From contig OZ336879.1 of NCBI GenBank assembly GCA_965287045.1, positions 56,048,001-56,112,000 of the forward strand: 64,000 bases of DNA, written 5' to 3'. The notes under the pieces were generated by a model, which worked only from the letters and a program-made list of their open reading frames with translations, did not search any database and was not told the origin of the DNA. Positions within the stretch are counted from its first letter, which is position 1. Each line of letters starts with the position of its first letter. Positions 23,826 to 36,859 of this stretch are shown here, piece after piece. This DNA comes from Carcharhinus amblyrhynchos (lineage: Eukaryota). The position numbers and the translations under genes are program-made.

Positions 23826-24041
23826 GAGGTAAGTTTTTCACTCAGAGGGTGGTGGGTGAGTGGAATCAGCTGCTGTCAGTGGTGGTAGAGGCAAACTTGC
23901 TGGGGTCCTTTAAGAGACTTCTGGATGAGTACATGGGATTTAATGGGATTGAGGGTTATAGATAGGCCTGGTAGGTATGGATATGATCGGCACAACTTGT
24001 GGGCCGAAGGGCCTGTTTGTGCTGTAGTGTTCTATGTTCTA
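23826..24041 (+). mobile_element. CR1 3' end
   Basis: ttttcactcagagggtggtggg...gggccgaagggcctgtttgtgctgtagtgttctatgttcta. Confidence 0.85.
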
Positions 24042-24879
24042 CTAACAGCGGCAGGTTGAAGGGCAAACAATCAACTTGTTCCCAGGAGGCAAGTTGGCCG
24101 TTTAAACATTATAATGAGGCAATGTGCTTCAGATTTAATTTTTCTTGCGTGTTTAACCCTAGCTGGCCAGTTTTCCCAGGCATCAGCTAATGGGGGGTGA
24201 GGACTACTTTGTGGCAAAGTTAATTTCATTCACAACAGTGCTTGTGGGTTCAGAGGTGCAGGAATACTTCCTCCCAATCCACCAAGCTATTCTTCTTCCA
24301 TGCCTGCCATTCAAAAACTCCCTTTCCCTCCCAGATAAATCTCCAACGTCCTCCCCGCATTCCCATTATCCCAGCTGCAGGGTCTCTACTTACTCTGGGC
24401 CAGCAGGCTCTTTTGGAGCATTCCTTGCCTGACCAGCAGCCAAGTCTATCAATCAATCTGCCTTCCAAGTGAGGAATCTGTCATGAAATAATGGAGCAAC
24501 CAAAGACTCTTCTCTCTGCTAACAGAGACCACCCCAGGAAATATTGTAGCTTAGATATCATTGAATTGCTGTTTGTTATTTATAAGGAAATGTTTCATTT
24601 GTGCTTTTAATAAGTGAGCTAGAAGCCCCGCGATAAACTTGAAATATTGAAGATCAAAACCCAGATCAGCTGATGTACACACCAATTTTGCAACCTTACG
24701 ATGCTTTAAAAGGGCCACTTATTTCTAATTAGTTGCAGTTGGATTGATTTTCTTTGAAGTTTTGAATTATTTGAGCTTGTATCCGTCACATGAACAACCC
24801 ACTTACAATACCTGTTTATAATTGGGAGAGATTACCAGGTAGGTCTGATGTCCAATGTTCTCACACCCCATCAATGATA

Positions 24880-27090
24880 ATGCTAAAAATTCATGTGCTT
24901 TAGGGAAGTAAAGCTGCTGTCCTTGCCTTTCCAGTCTGATATACATGTGACTCATGATCCACAGCGATACATTTGATTCTTACCTGCCCTCTGAAATGTT
25001 CTAGCAATCCCCTCAGTTGTACCAAATTTCCACGGATAAATCATGAAGGAAGGAAAAAGGACAGATCACCTGGCATCACCTTAGGAACTGGAGATCAAAT
25101 TGGAAACCCCAGTCATGTCAATGTTACGATGTCCTTCTTATTAACACCAGGGGCTATTGACAGAGCTAGCCTATGAACTTATCAAGTAACATAGTCAAAC
25201 TCACTGAATCACACCTTGCAGCTAAACTCCCCGACACCACCAGCATGATCTTGAGTATGTGCTGTCTCAGTGGCAGGTTGGACCACCCAGAGGTGGTGGC
25301 TCAGTTTATTGCAGTCAGGAGTGGGTTGTCCTATGAGTTTTTAACATTGTCTTTGGACTCTATGAAGTCTCATAGCATCAGGTCATGGCCAAGGAAAATC
25401 CTATGGATTTCTACCTGCTTCCCTCACTAAGTTGATGACTTGATATTACTCTATGTTGAACACAATTTGAAAGAATGTGCCAGGAATGCCACAGCAGCAC
25501 CTCTACTGACTGAGTCCTGAAGGGCAAATCTCCCAAAATGGGTCTGTGGAAGATGACAAGGGAACCAACAAAAGGGAAAAAGCTAGAGGACCTGTTTTTC
25601 AGCAATCTACCTGTTGCAGGTGCATCTGCCCATGACAGTATAGGTAGGAGAGACCGCATCACAGTCCCTGTGAAGAACAAATACAAGAAGGCTGAGGTTG
25701 TTGGAAGTCAACTATTTCAGTCGCTGGGCATTGCTGCAGAAGTTCCTCAGGGAAGTATCTTCGGCTCAACCTTCTCTAGCTGCCTCACCAATGACCTTCC
25801 TTCCATCATAAGGTCAGCAGTGGGATATCTGCTGATATGTGCACAAAGTTTGTAGCCGTGTACAACTCCTCAGGCACTGAAGCCTGCGCCAGTATGCATC
25901 AAGATCTGGACAACATTCAGGCTTAGGACAAGAAAAGCATGTAAAATTCACACTGCACAAAAGCCAGAAATGATTGCCTCATCAAGAGAGAATCTAACCA
26001 CCTCCCCTTGACACTTAATGATATTACAATCACTGGGTATCACACTATTAACTTCCAGGGGGTTATCATTAATTAGAATGTGAACCGTACTGGCTATACA
26101 AACAATGTGGCTACAAGAACAGGTCAGGAGCAAGGAATTTTGAAGTGAATAACTCACCTCCTAATTCCTCAAAACCTTTCCTCCAGCTACAAATCATTAG
26201 TCAGGAGTCTGATGGAATACTCTCTAGTTACCTGGGTGAGTGCAGCTCCAACAACACTCAAGAAGCTCAATATAATTCAGGATAAAGCCAGCTGCTTGAC
26301 TGGCGTCCCATCCCACCACCTTAAACATTCATTCCCTCCACCACCAATCCACAGTAGCAGTAGTGTGTACTCTGTAAAAATGCACTGCAGCAACTCGTCA
26401 AAGCTCCTTTGACAACTCATTCCAAATTTGAGACTTGTACCAACTAGAAGGACAAAGACAGCTGATGTAAGGGAATGCTGCTGCTACTTGCAAGTTCCCC
26501 TCCAAGCCACACACCATGCTGACTTTGAATTTTATCAATATTTCTTCGCTGTTGCTTAATCAAATGGGGGAGGCAATGACACAGTGGTATTGCTGCTGGA
26601 TTGTTAATCCAGAAACTCAGGGTAATAATGCACTGGATGAGTGGGTTTGAATCCCACCACCGCAGATGATGGAATTTGAATTCAGTAAAAATCTGGAATC
26701 GAAAGTCTAAAGATGATCATGAAACCATTCTTGATTGTCGTTAAAACCCATCTGGTTCACAAATGTCCTTTAGGAAGGAAATCTGCTGTCCTTACCTGGC
26801 CTGGCCTACCAATGACTCCAGAACCACAGCAATGAGGTTGACTCTTAAATGCACTCTGAAATAGTCACTCAGTTCCGGGGCAATCAGGGATGGGCAGTAA
26901 ATGCTGGCCCAGCCAATGGTGAATAAAAGGAAATCAAGATCCTGGAGCTGCCAATGTCACAGTATTGTGGGTGTAGCTGGGCTGCAGTAGTGTAAGAAGG
27001 AGGTGCATCACTACTTTCTCAAGGGCAACTAGAGGTGGGCAGCAAAAGTTAGCCTTGCCAATGATGCCCCCATCCCATGAAAGAATAACA
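24880..27090 (+). mobile_element. Internally deleted CR1/L2-group LINE (5' UTR, APE endonuclease remnant, RT remnant, 3' tail)
   Basis: IVKLTESHL and PTKGKKLEDLFFSNLP..DSIGRRD (endonuclease), then EVPQGSIFGSTFSSCLTNDLP (RT) and MEYSLVTWVSAAPTTLKKLNIIQDKA; tail aagggcaactagaggtgggc...catccc. Confidence 0.75.
26566..26920 (+). mobile_element. tRNA-headed SINE nested in the LINE above (DeuSINE/SacSINE-like tail)
   Basis: Head cacagtggtatt...gggtttgaatcccacc; tail gggcaatcagggatgggcagtaaatgctggcccagcc. Confidence 0.75.
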
Positions 27091-28187
27091 GAACAAAAGC
27101 ATAAAGCAATATCAAAACACTAAACTGAGCTATTCCTGGTAAGGTGCAACTTTTGCTTGCCTTGAAATTTAACATTTTGAGATGAATGGGCATTTCTTTT
27201 ATTTTATTAAGCCAATGGCAACAAAAATAGAATATCTACCCATTTTGTTCAATTTGTACGTTCATGTGATAGTAATGTGAAATTTGTAAATGAAAATGTG
27301 TGCCAGATTCCATTTTCAATGCACCTTTTATATTTGACATTGATTTGAATATTTTTGAAAAGTTAATTCTATGTTCCCCACAGAATTATAAATTAGTATG
27401 CCCTGTGGGTTTGAAAAACAAAATCTTCAACAGTCAAATAATTTTATAGATGCCTTTTTTTTGCATAATTGAAATGTATAATTCTGCTCTAATTACACTT
27501 GCAATCAGCACCATCCAGTGTCATTATAGGTTGTAAATTTTGAATCTGTCAACTTGCCTTTAATTTTCACTTTGAAAAATAATGGACAGAGCGCAGAAAG
27601 CTGAAAAATGCACTGTAACAGTGATCATCAAATCCATTAGTTTCTTTTTCCCCCTTTGTCGGGGAGCAACTCCAACAGAGGGAGTAAAAGCCTAATAGGT
27701 TTGTTGATTTGAGTTATAGTTTTTGTAGCCTACCTGCCAACCATCGGTGTTTAATGCTGACATCAATGAGCCTGTAAATGTGACAACTATTGGACCTATG
27801 AACAGTCAACCTTGACTGTCAGGAAGCTTTTGATTTCAGTTGCACCTAAGGTTATTTGCATTTTAGGTAAGGATTTTTATCACGTCTTAAGATGTCTCAT
27901 TTGGTCTTTGTGGCATGTGTATCAGATTCTATGTCAACTTTGTATTAAGACTAAAAGCATTGTAAGGTAAGGGAAACCTATTTAGTTTGCTTTTATCAAC
28001 CTAAAATTGGCAAATTAATCTAAGAGACAGTGGTTTTCTACTTATCATGATTTTAGTTTCAGAAGCACAATTCTAGATAATGAGCCGAAGTATAACTCTG
28101 CACAAGTGAATGTGCTTTGAATGAGTTAAAATCTCATCCAGTACAACAAAAAAGCATTAAGTGGAACTTTTTTCAGTTACACATATA

Positions 28188-28280
28188 GACTCAAGATATT
28201 AACTGTTTCTTTCTCCACAAATGCTGCCAGACCTGCAGAGTATTTCCAGCATGTTCTTTTTTGATTTTAGATTTCCAGCA
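28188..28280 (+). mobile_element. Penelope-type terminal repeat fragment (family B)
   Basis: ctccacaaatgctgccagacctgcagagtatttccagca...agatttccagcatctgc. Confidence 0.7.
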
Positions 28281-28619
28281 TCTGCTGTATTTTGATTTCT
28301 TTCTGGCCAGGATACTAATGTGTTCCTTGCATAACACCTTTCGTTTGGATGATATAAATGGAGTCAAAAGAGAAGCTAATCCTTGTGAAATCAAGGTCAA
28401 GAACTTTGAGATTAGTTTTGTTTATTTCTTTAGCTTGGGAAGATTGAAACCATTGTCATAAATCCTCAAGACAAGCTCCACTCCTTAGCCATCATCTCAA
28501 TTTAATTCCTCAATAATAGTCTGAGATGGAGCAAGATGTTAAAAAGTGTCATATTTGACCCTGTGATGAACTTGTAACCACACATCTGTGTAATCTCTAA
28601 GACTCTGTCCAGAACTTAA

Positions 28620-28790
28620 CTCATCTGATTGATCTCAGAACCCTCATCCAGGTCATTGTTGTCTCCAGACCTGACAATCCTGATACACTCCTGACTGATC
28701 TCCCACAATCTCCCCCAGTATATCTGACCACCTCCAAAATGTTGCTGCCTTTCTCTCAAATCACACCAATTCACCCAGCATCCCATGTTT
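28620..28790 (+). mobile_element. L2 LINE RT C-terminal relic
   Basis: ctcatccaggtcattgttgtctccagacctgac reads LIQVIVVSRPD, similar to the L2 motif LIHAFVTSRLD; followed by an LQNVAA-like segment. Confidence 0.5.
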
Positions 28791-31037
28791 CGGGGTGGGA
28801 GACATTAAAAAAAATGGACAGGCTTCCCTCTGGAGTCTTGCAAACCCTGACTTGAACACAATTTTATGGTGGGGCTGGCAGAACTTCAGATGGGAAGCCC
28901 ACCCATGCCTCTAAAAAGGTCTTTCAGTGGCCACTTAATGACCTCGTAAGATCCTTTCCACCCCCCAGCCCCAATTTTCAGACTGGCAGACGCCTGATGT
29001 CTAAGGGTGGGAAACAGAAAAAAGCTCCTGCCCTCAATCTCATGCAGGAAGGTGGCGGGCTGGGGTGAATTTACAGCAGGGTCTTCTGCTGGTGCCTGCC
29101 ATGGTAGGCTGGAAAACCTGCCAGTGGCTGGTGTGAACCTTGTTTGCATCCCATTAAAATGAAGCAGATGAAGACTGACCCGCTCATGCCAGGTTCTCTA
29201 TGATGCCAGTGGGAAAACAAGCCCGCATGAAACATGTTCAGAACAATGTGACATGCAGATGTTGGGTTTTCTCTGAACAATGCCTGGGGCTGCCACTGGA
29301 ATTTAGGATGGAGGTTATCCGTAACCCTGGAACCTGGAACACCACAACAGTAGGTTGGGGAGCACCTGCAGGTGGGCCTTCCAGATTAGGGCCAGCACTC
29401 TCTGACCTCACCCACAGCTGGGATTCTCCTTTCCCGTTGCAGTGAACAGAGATTTGACTAAGCACCAAATTCTCCATTGTCACCCATAGAGGTGGCAGAT
29501 AGGAACAGCTGAAGAATTCTGGCTTGGGTGTCCTGGAAGGGAAGGTCCATCTTCCAGCCTCAGGTGTTCTTGGAGATCCCTCTTTGTTCTTAGGAGGTCC
29601 ATCTTCCATCTCAGAGTGCTCCCAGGGACCTTTTTTTCATTTTCAAGATGTCTACCTTTTTTCTTAAATAGGGGGTCAGTGGTGTTAGACTCCTCTCCAA
29701 TATGGCACCCAGATATGATGGCGGCGGACTGCACAACATCCAGACCTGTCCCACCACTGCATGGAGTGTAAACACTCGGGTACATAATTAATAGTTTTGG
29801 GACCTGAAGATTTGATGTTTTTTCCTACTGGCCTCTGCAGCGGGAAGAACTCCGCATTCATGCCGTGGCACAAAATGTGAGAATTCTGTTATGAAAAGTC
29901 CCCACTGTTCCAGATTTATTAATTGAACTTAAATTGGGATTTGAACCTATATCCCTTAAGCCTTTGGATTACTAATCCTGTGACATTAAAACTGCACTCC
30001 TGTCCTCCCTTTCACATTAGAAAAATCCCTATTTACACAAAGACTAATGGAGGTGAAGTAGCAACAGGTCCTACCAAGCCTTTAATTAAAATAAACAGGA
30101 TCGCGATACAATTAAAGCACCAAAATGTACTGATTAGCTTTCATGATGTGTAAATTTAATGATTGAATTTCCTGGAATTGTATAACATTATATTAGATTT
30201 AGCTTGTTGATTCCCATAAGGACACGTTTCCCCACTGTCCTATAATCATTAGTAGCTCTGACAATAATTCGTAGTCCAGCAGCAGCTTAGACAGACAAGT
30301 AAGCATGCTGTGTCAGAGGCCAGCTTCAGAAGCTATTAGTATGTGCGTGTTTGCCATAATAAGTGGATGTTAAAGGTACTTGTACTGGAAAGAGTAGGGG
30401 GAAATTGTGAATACCTACCAGCTTTTACGTTTTGAATTATTTGCATTTTAACACTTAAAATGTAATAACATTTTTAGATGGGGCATTGGGCAAATATATT
30501 ATCTTTTCACTCACCTCACTCAGTCTTGTACAAGTAGAATAAATTGCAGCCTTCATTTGGTTCTTTGGGTGTGTTTATTGTTATAAAATTGTAGCTTTTG
30601 TTGTTGATTGGTCAGACAGTTGCGCTTGTGCATTCGGCTTACACTGTGTTCGGCTCACATTGTGCATGTGAGGTTTCTCCCAACGCTGGCATCATGAGCG
30701 TTCACCCACAGCCAGTGTTAGTACAGGTCGCACCTGCATGCAGTGACTTATTCACTCAGCTGCTTCTCCAGCTCTGGTATCAGTTTGCCAGTCACTGTGC
30801 TGCCATTTCCCAATGCCAGCAACTCACAGAGCCACCCCACACCTATCCATTGCCAATCTACTCCCCCTGTCGTCTCTTGCTCACCCTTTTTCCCACATCC
30901 TCACGCACCTGTCTTCTGCACTGTGTGCCATGCTGTGCTCTGCCTTCCCACTGTTGTCAGCCATGGTCTATCAGACTGTATCTTGATTGTCCTCTGGACT
31001 TCAACACCTCTGTCTCTAACCTGGCCGACTCTGGATT

Positions 31038-31336
31038 AAAGTTTACTTATTAGTCACAAATAGGCTTACATTAACACTGCAATGAAGTTACTGTGAAAAT
31101 CCCTTACTCGCCACACTCCGGCGCCTGTTCGGGTATACTGAGAGAGAATTTAGCATGCCCAATGCATCCAATCAGCACGTCTTTTGGACTGGGGAGGAAA
31201 CTGGAACATCTGGAAGAAACCCACATTGACACGTGGAGAATATGCAAACTCCACACAGTGACCCAAGGTGGGAATCAAACTCGGGTCCCTGGCACTCTGA
31301 GGCAGCAGTGCTAACCACTGTGCCACCATGTCACCC
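31038..31336 (-). mobile_element. V-SINE, tail-B subfamily
   Basis: Full head, core and tail, collinear with 9663-9968. Confidence 0.9.
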
Positions 31337-31389
31337 AAATCATGGGCTTTGAATTAAAAATCCAATTTCATGCAGCAGGCCTAGACTAC

Positions 31390-32451
31390 TGTTGGGATAT
31401 CTTTCAAAACTATGGGTATTTTTAAATAAAAAAAGACATTGCATTATCACTTATATGCTGACTTGGAGATGTTTTTAAAGAAGGTTATAAATTCACCTTG
31501 GACTGGGAGTAAGCCTGTTTTCTCCTGAGAAATCACCTGACCTGCATAGCACTTGAGGATGATTTGTTTGTTTGTATTGAACTGCAATCACTTTAATTCA
31601 AAACCGAAAAGCAAAGGCTCTGAGTTACTGGAGATCACCTGGCAGAAGCAGCCTTTAAGTTTTGAATCTTTTGGTTATTCTCCTCTATGGCAAAGTCTGG
31701 TTGGTGAGAGCTTCCAACTGTCCACCAGGACTAGCGGCTTATCTTGATACAAGGGAACTCCGGATCAACAGAATCAAGACTCTGCAAATTTTATCCTTTA
31801 TTTTATTATCCTCTCAAACACATCTCTACAGTGAGACTCTATCTTCTTGTCCTGTTTCCCTGTGTGTTTCTGTCTGTCTGTGTGTGTCCCAGCAAGAGTT
31901 TTTTAGATAGATAGTTATGCTTCCAAACTACAATTTTGTGTTAATCAGTACTTGCAACTTGTTGAAAATGAATTTTGTTTTATAATAAACTAATAATTTT
32001 GTTCTTTACAGAAAGAAGCCCGGTTAAAGTCTCTTTTATTCTGTTTACCAGAACCATTCTGGTGAGAAATTAAACTTTTAAGATAATGGTAATGCCTGTT
32101 TAGGACTGCTTAGCATTGCTGCCTCACAGTGCCAGGGACCCTGTTTTAATTCCCAGCTTGAATGATTGTGTGGAGTTTGTGCATTCTCCCTGTGTCTGTG
32201 TGGGTTTCCTCTGAGTGCTCTGGTTTCCTCTCACAGTTCAAAGATGTGCGGGTTAGGTGGATTGGTCATGCTAAATTGCCCCTTAGTGTCAAGGGATATC
32301 TAGGGTAAATGCATGGGGTTATGGGGCTAGGGCCTGAATGAGATTATGGTCGGTGCAGACCCAATGGACCGAATGGCCTTCTTCTGCACTGTGGGGTTCT
32401 ATGATTCTAGTGGGGCTAGATAGTAATGTTACAACCATCCTGGTTGTAACA
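31390..32451 (+). mobile_element. Possible solo LTR with SINE insertion
   Basis: Starts TGTTGG, ends GTAACA, with internal AATAAA (31984) and GT-rich tract; no clean TSD. Confidence 0.35.
32107..32409 (+). mobile_element. HE1/V-SINE with CR1-type tail
   Basis: tagcattgctgcctcacagtgccagggacc...ggccttcttctgcactgtggggttctatgattcta. Confidence 0.88.
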
Positions 32452-32809
32452 CTGTCATCAATAACAGTTGTAATATATCAATATTATTGTTACATTTCCT
32501 GTGGCTCAAAATGTAGCATTGTTTGTAATTTCCAGTTTAAGGTATTTTTGCCTCGTTGTGACCCAGTCATCAATTATGAAACAAAGCATCTAATGCAAGG
32601 ATAATCAGTGTTTCTGCTTGAGTTCAAATCAGAAATGAATGCATCGCTAGCTTTGATGTCACAGGCATTACAACTGCATGTGCAAGAAGTGCATTCTGTC
32701 TGTCGAGACATTACCAAACCTAGCGTTGTTCTAATTAGCTTCACTAACTTACATACAACTTTTGAGTGAGCTTGTTTACTTTGAGGTGTTAAAATAGATT
32801 TGAATTTAG

Positions 32810-33170
32810 ATGTGGTACAGTGGTTAGCTCTGCTGTCTTCACAGCGCCAGGGACCGGGGTTCAATTCCGAGCTTGGGTAACTGTCTGAGTGGAGATTGCA
32901 CATTCTCCCTGTGCCTGCATGGGTTCTCTCCGGTTGTTCCAGTTTCCTCCCGCAGCCCAAAAATGTGCAGGTTAGGTGGATTAGCTGTGCTAAATTGCCT
33001 TTTCGTATCCCAAGATGTGTCAATTAGGTGGATTAGCCATGTTAAGTGCACCAAGTTATGGGGATAGGGCAGAGGGGTTGGACCTGGGTGCGATGCTCTT
33101 TCGGAGAGTTGGTGCAGGCTCCATGGGCCAAATGGCCACCTGTACTGGAGGGATTCTACAATTTTATGGT
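32810..33170 (+). mobile_element. HE1/V-SINE
   Basis: gtggtacagtggttagc...gggttcaattcc; duplicated ttaggtggattagc segment. Confidence 0.85.
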
Positions 33171-33518
33171 TCTTTGGACACAGCTCAGTGTAAACACCAC
33201 ATTTGTTATTGTTAATCTAGATTTGATTTAGAGGTAATTAAAGTATTTTAACATGTCTTACAATCATTCCCCTCCTGGAAGATGAAGCAGATATGAAGAA
33301 GTGAAAAGAGAGGGTATATGACGCACGTCAGTTACATTTTTCAAGTGAGAACTAGGCCAAATGCAATAGGTTGAGTGAGAAGCAAAGAGCAAGATAAGAT
33401 TGCCAAAGATACAATATGTTGACAATGGACATGTATGCAAATAGCAATGTTATCAAATAGTAATTTGATAAAGCGAAGCAATGAAGTAATAGGCATAGAT
33501 AAGATGAATACACATAGG

Positions 33519-33622
33519 CTGCCACGGGAATTGAAGCGGGTGAGGGGCAGACAATGGACAGATCCATTGACCTCAGGCGGGACTTTATGGTTCGGGATAA
33601 GTGAGGCCATAAAATCCCGCCC
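33519..33622. mobile_element. MITE fragment of the ~125-bp family
   Basis: gaggggcagacaatgga...ccattgacctc...taaaatcccgccc. Confidence 0.55.
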
Positions 33623-33627
33623 ATCGT

Positions 33628-33926
33628 CTTTTTCCCAGGGTAGAGGAATTGAAAGCTAGAGGGCATAGGTTTAAGGTGAGAGGGGAAAGATTTAAAAGGG
33701 ACCCGAGAGACAACTTGTTCACGCAGAGGATGGTGCGTATGTGGAATGAGTTGCCAGAGAAAGTGGTTGAAGCAGGTTCAATAGTATCATTTCAAAAGCA
33801 TTTGGATAAGCACGTGGGTGGGAAAGGATTAGAGGGATTTGGGACTAACTGGGAGGGCACATCGCTGGCATGGACCATTTGGGCCGAAGGGCCTGCTTCC
33901 ATGCTGTATTGCTTTATGACTCTATG
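33628..33926 (+). mobile_element. CR1 3' end
   Basis: ARGHRFKVRGERFKRDPRDNLFTQRMVRMWNELPEKVVEAGS; tail gggccgaagggcctgcttccatgctgta. Confidence 0.9.
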
Positions 33927-34349
33927 ATAAAGAGAGCTAATGCATTTTGGAAGAAGGGATGGATATTGGTGATATTGACAATATTGCCTAAATTGCAGAG
34001 ACTAAATTGTATCTTTTGAAGGTGGCGGGATTTACTGAGCGAGTAGTTAACTCAAGCACAACTAAAAGCATTGAGTACAAAGTATTGAGGAATGTTCCAC
34101 TGAAAATTTTTAAAGATCTGGTTAGGAATTTTGAGAAGGTATAGAGGTGATTTACCAAAATGGTTCCAAGGATGAGTGATGTTAACTGCATGTTTAGGTT
34201 AAAAATGTTAGGGTTATTCTCTTTATAAGATTAACAGCAATTTTGTAGATGTGTACCAAGAATTATGTAGGATAAATAGTACAGAAACAAGTCATTCAGC
34301 CCAACTAACCAAATACTCATGTTAATGCTTCACTTGACCCTCCTCCCAT

Positions 34350-34770
34350 TGATTGATTTATCATTGTCACATGTATTGATGTACAATGCAAAGTGTTGTT
34401 TCTTGAGCACTATACATACAAAGCATACTTTTCTTAGAATACAAAAGGGAGAAGGCAAGTAGAGGGTACAGAATGTAATGTTACAGTCACAGGTGGGGTG
34501 TAGAGAAAGAGCAGCTTAATATATGGTAGGGCCAATCAAAAGTCTAATGGCAGCAGGGAAGAAGCAGTTGGTATACCATCTCAAACTTTTGTATCTTTTA
34601 CCCGACAGACAAAGGTGAGAGTATGTCCGGGGTGCATGAGGTCCTTGGTTATGCTGGTTGCTTTTCCAGGAAGTGTAGACAAAGTCAATGGATTCACAAG
34701 CCTTTGTAGTTTCTTGCAGTCTTGGTTAGAGCAGGAGCCATACCAAGCTTTGATACATCCAGAAAGGATG
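34350..34770 (-). mobile_element. Rex1/Babar-type LINE 3' fragment
   Basis: ILSGCIKAWYGSCSNQDCKKLQRLVN..KATSITKDLMHPGH; 3' UTR homologous to 57245-57420. Confidence 0.75.
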
Positions 34771-35330
34771 TATCTCTCTGTATCCACTCTATCAAAACCT
34801 TTCACAACATTCACAATTTACCTAGAATCATAGAAATAGAAATCATAGAATCAAAGTGCTATCCCACAAACTTATCTTTTCTCAAGAGAAAAGAGATGGA
34901 GCTTGTCAATCTTGATATGTATAACCACACATTTCTGATGTCATCCCTGTAAGTTTCCCTCACATCCTCCCCAGTGCCTCTATATCTTTCTTTAATATTA
35001 TGGAGGCCAGAATTGCACACAGTACTTAAATTCATGTATAGGTTTAGCATAATGTTCCTAGTTTTTTTTAGTTCTATTCTACTCAAAACGAACCTTGATG
35101 CTTTATTTGCTGTTTATATTGTGTGGCTAAATTGCGGCACAACTTTCAGTGATAGGTGTATTTGTAATTCAAGATCCCTTTATTCCTCTGCACCATCATT
35201 CAAGTAATAAGTATTCTCCTTATTCTTCCTACCAAATGAACAATCACCCATTCAACTGTTGAAATTCATTTGCATGTTGTTTTTACAATTTATAAGTTTA
35301 TTAATGTCCTGCTGTAATTTGTTGGACTCC
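34771..35330 (-). mobile_element. CR1 RT C-terminal fragment
   Basis: IELKKTRNIMLNLY..YCV-like remnant (ggccagaattgcacacagtact); ccactctatcaaaacctttcaca. Confidence 0.65.
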
Positions 35331-35977
35331 CCTTTACTATTGACTAATATTGACTAAACAACTCACCAAAGCAAATCCCATCAAATAACCCACCATTTTT
35401 TCTTCTTCGCCCTCCCTCCTCCTCCACACCGCCCCCCCAACACACACGCACCAGGTTTGTCACCAAATTCAGATCGTGAGCCAGATTTTACTCTCATAGC
35501 TCGAGTCAAGAAAACAATTTGGTTTATAGGACCCTATTATACCAAATTTTCACTCCCGGAAGGTGAGGGTGGGATAGAGTTGGACCCACTGACCCCAGAA
35601 CCAGATCATTGACAAGCAAGCAGGGTTGAGAGTGAGAACCTCTGGGACTTTGTCCCCATTGCTTGAGAAGTTGTTAGGACCTTTAGCCCTCAACATGCCT
35701 CCATCCACATCCTATGTCCTCTCCATGCTAAACCATTCCCCCACCATGCTAACATATGCCACCTTCACTCCACCTTACACTCCCATGTTGCCTCAACAGC
35801 CATTCACCCAGTTTCCATTTTGGACAGACCTCAGGAGCCATGTTCAAATGAAAAAAAACTAACAATTTAATAGTAATCGCACTTTGATAAATTTGATACT
35901 GAAAAAAATTCCCCTTCATGAAACCCATTCAAAAAATTTAAACCTCCTTAGTATTCAATTGTTCTAAAAACAAAGTT

Positions 35978-36283
35978 AGAATCATAGAATCCCTACAGTT
36001 CAGATGGAGGCCATTGCACCAACAACAATCCCATATCCCCACAACCCCACATATTAAACCTCTAATCCCCCTGACATTAAGGGGCAATTTGGCATAGCCA
36101 ATTAACCTAACCCGTACATCTTTGACCAAAAGAGAAAATGCTGGAAAATCTCAGCAGGTCTGGCAGCATCTGTATGGAGAGAAAAGAGATGATGTTTAGA
36201 GTCCAGATCTTTGAATTGGGGGAGGAAACTGGAAGACTCGGAGGAAACCAACACATACACAGGGAGAACGTACAAACTCCACA
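35978..36283 (-). mobile_element. V-SINE interrupted by a Penelope family-B piece (36126-36206)
   Basis: SINE core resumes after the insert; duplicated atctttga at 36118-36125 and 36207-36214. Confidence 0.75.
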
Positions 36284-36859
36284 AAGTTCTATTCAGTCAC
36301 CACATCAAAGGCAGCTAATCTTTCAATAGCCTCTTCAAACTGTCAACCAAAAAGTGAACTTGACCCCCCCCCACCCACTGAGATTGTCTTTGAAATTTAT
36401 CCAAGCATTCATAATGTCCTCAGTAATGTCGACAATGAACTCAGCTGAAACATTGGAACAGGTGATAATTTTTTTTATCAAACCTACACCAGGTGACCTC
36501 ACCATCAAAGCAGGCCAACAAAAAGCTTTTTTTTAATTTTAAATTATAGCTTCACCCTGTTTTTCTGAAATTTAAAGGATTGGTGATGTTTTTTGAAGCT
36601 TCAGAACACTTTAACATAATCACCCTTCACAAACATTTATGTTTATTCCATGAATTCATGTGTTAGGACCCTTGGAAGAGTGAAAATGGGGTTGGTTTGA
36701 ACTAAGCACTCATTTCAGATAGCCCTTCTTAGTTTGGGTTTCCTTTCTGTGTGATTTATGTTTAGCCCCCTCCTCCTCTTGGCAGAGAGAATTGAATCTG
36801 TCAGAAATGGAGGAGGCAATTCCACATCTGGATCCTGCCTGCCATTTTTTAAAGTCCCT

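Noticed and set aside
30598-31053. 151-aa ORF
   Set aside because: Low-complexity C/T-rich sequence with no recognisable homology, ending inside a SINE tail
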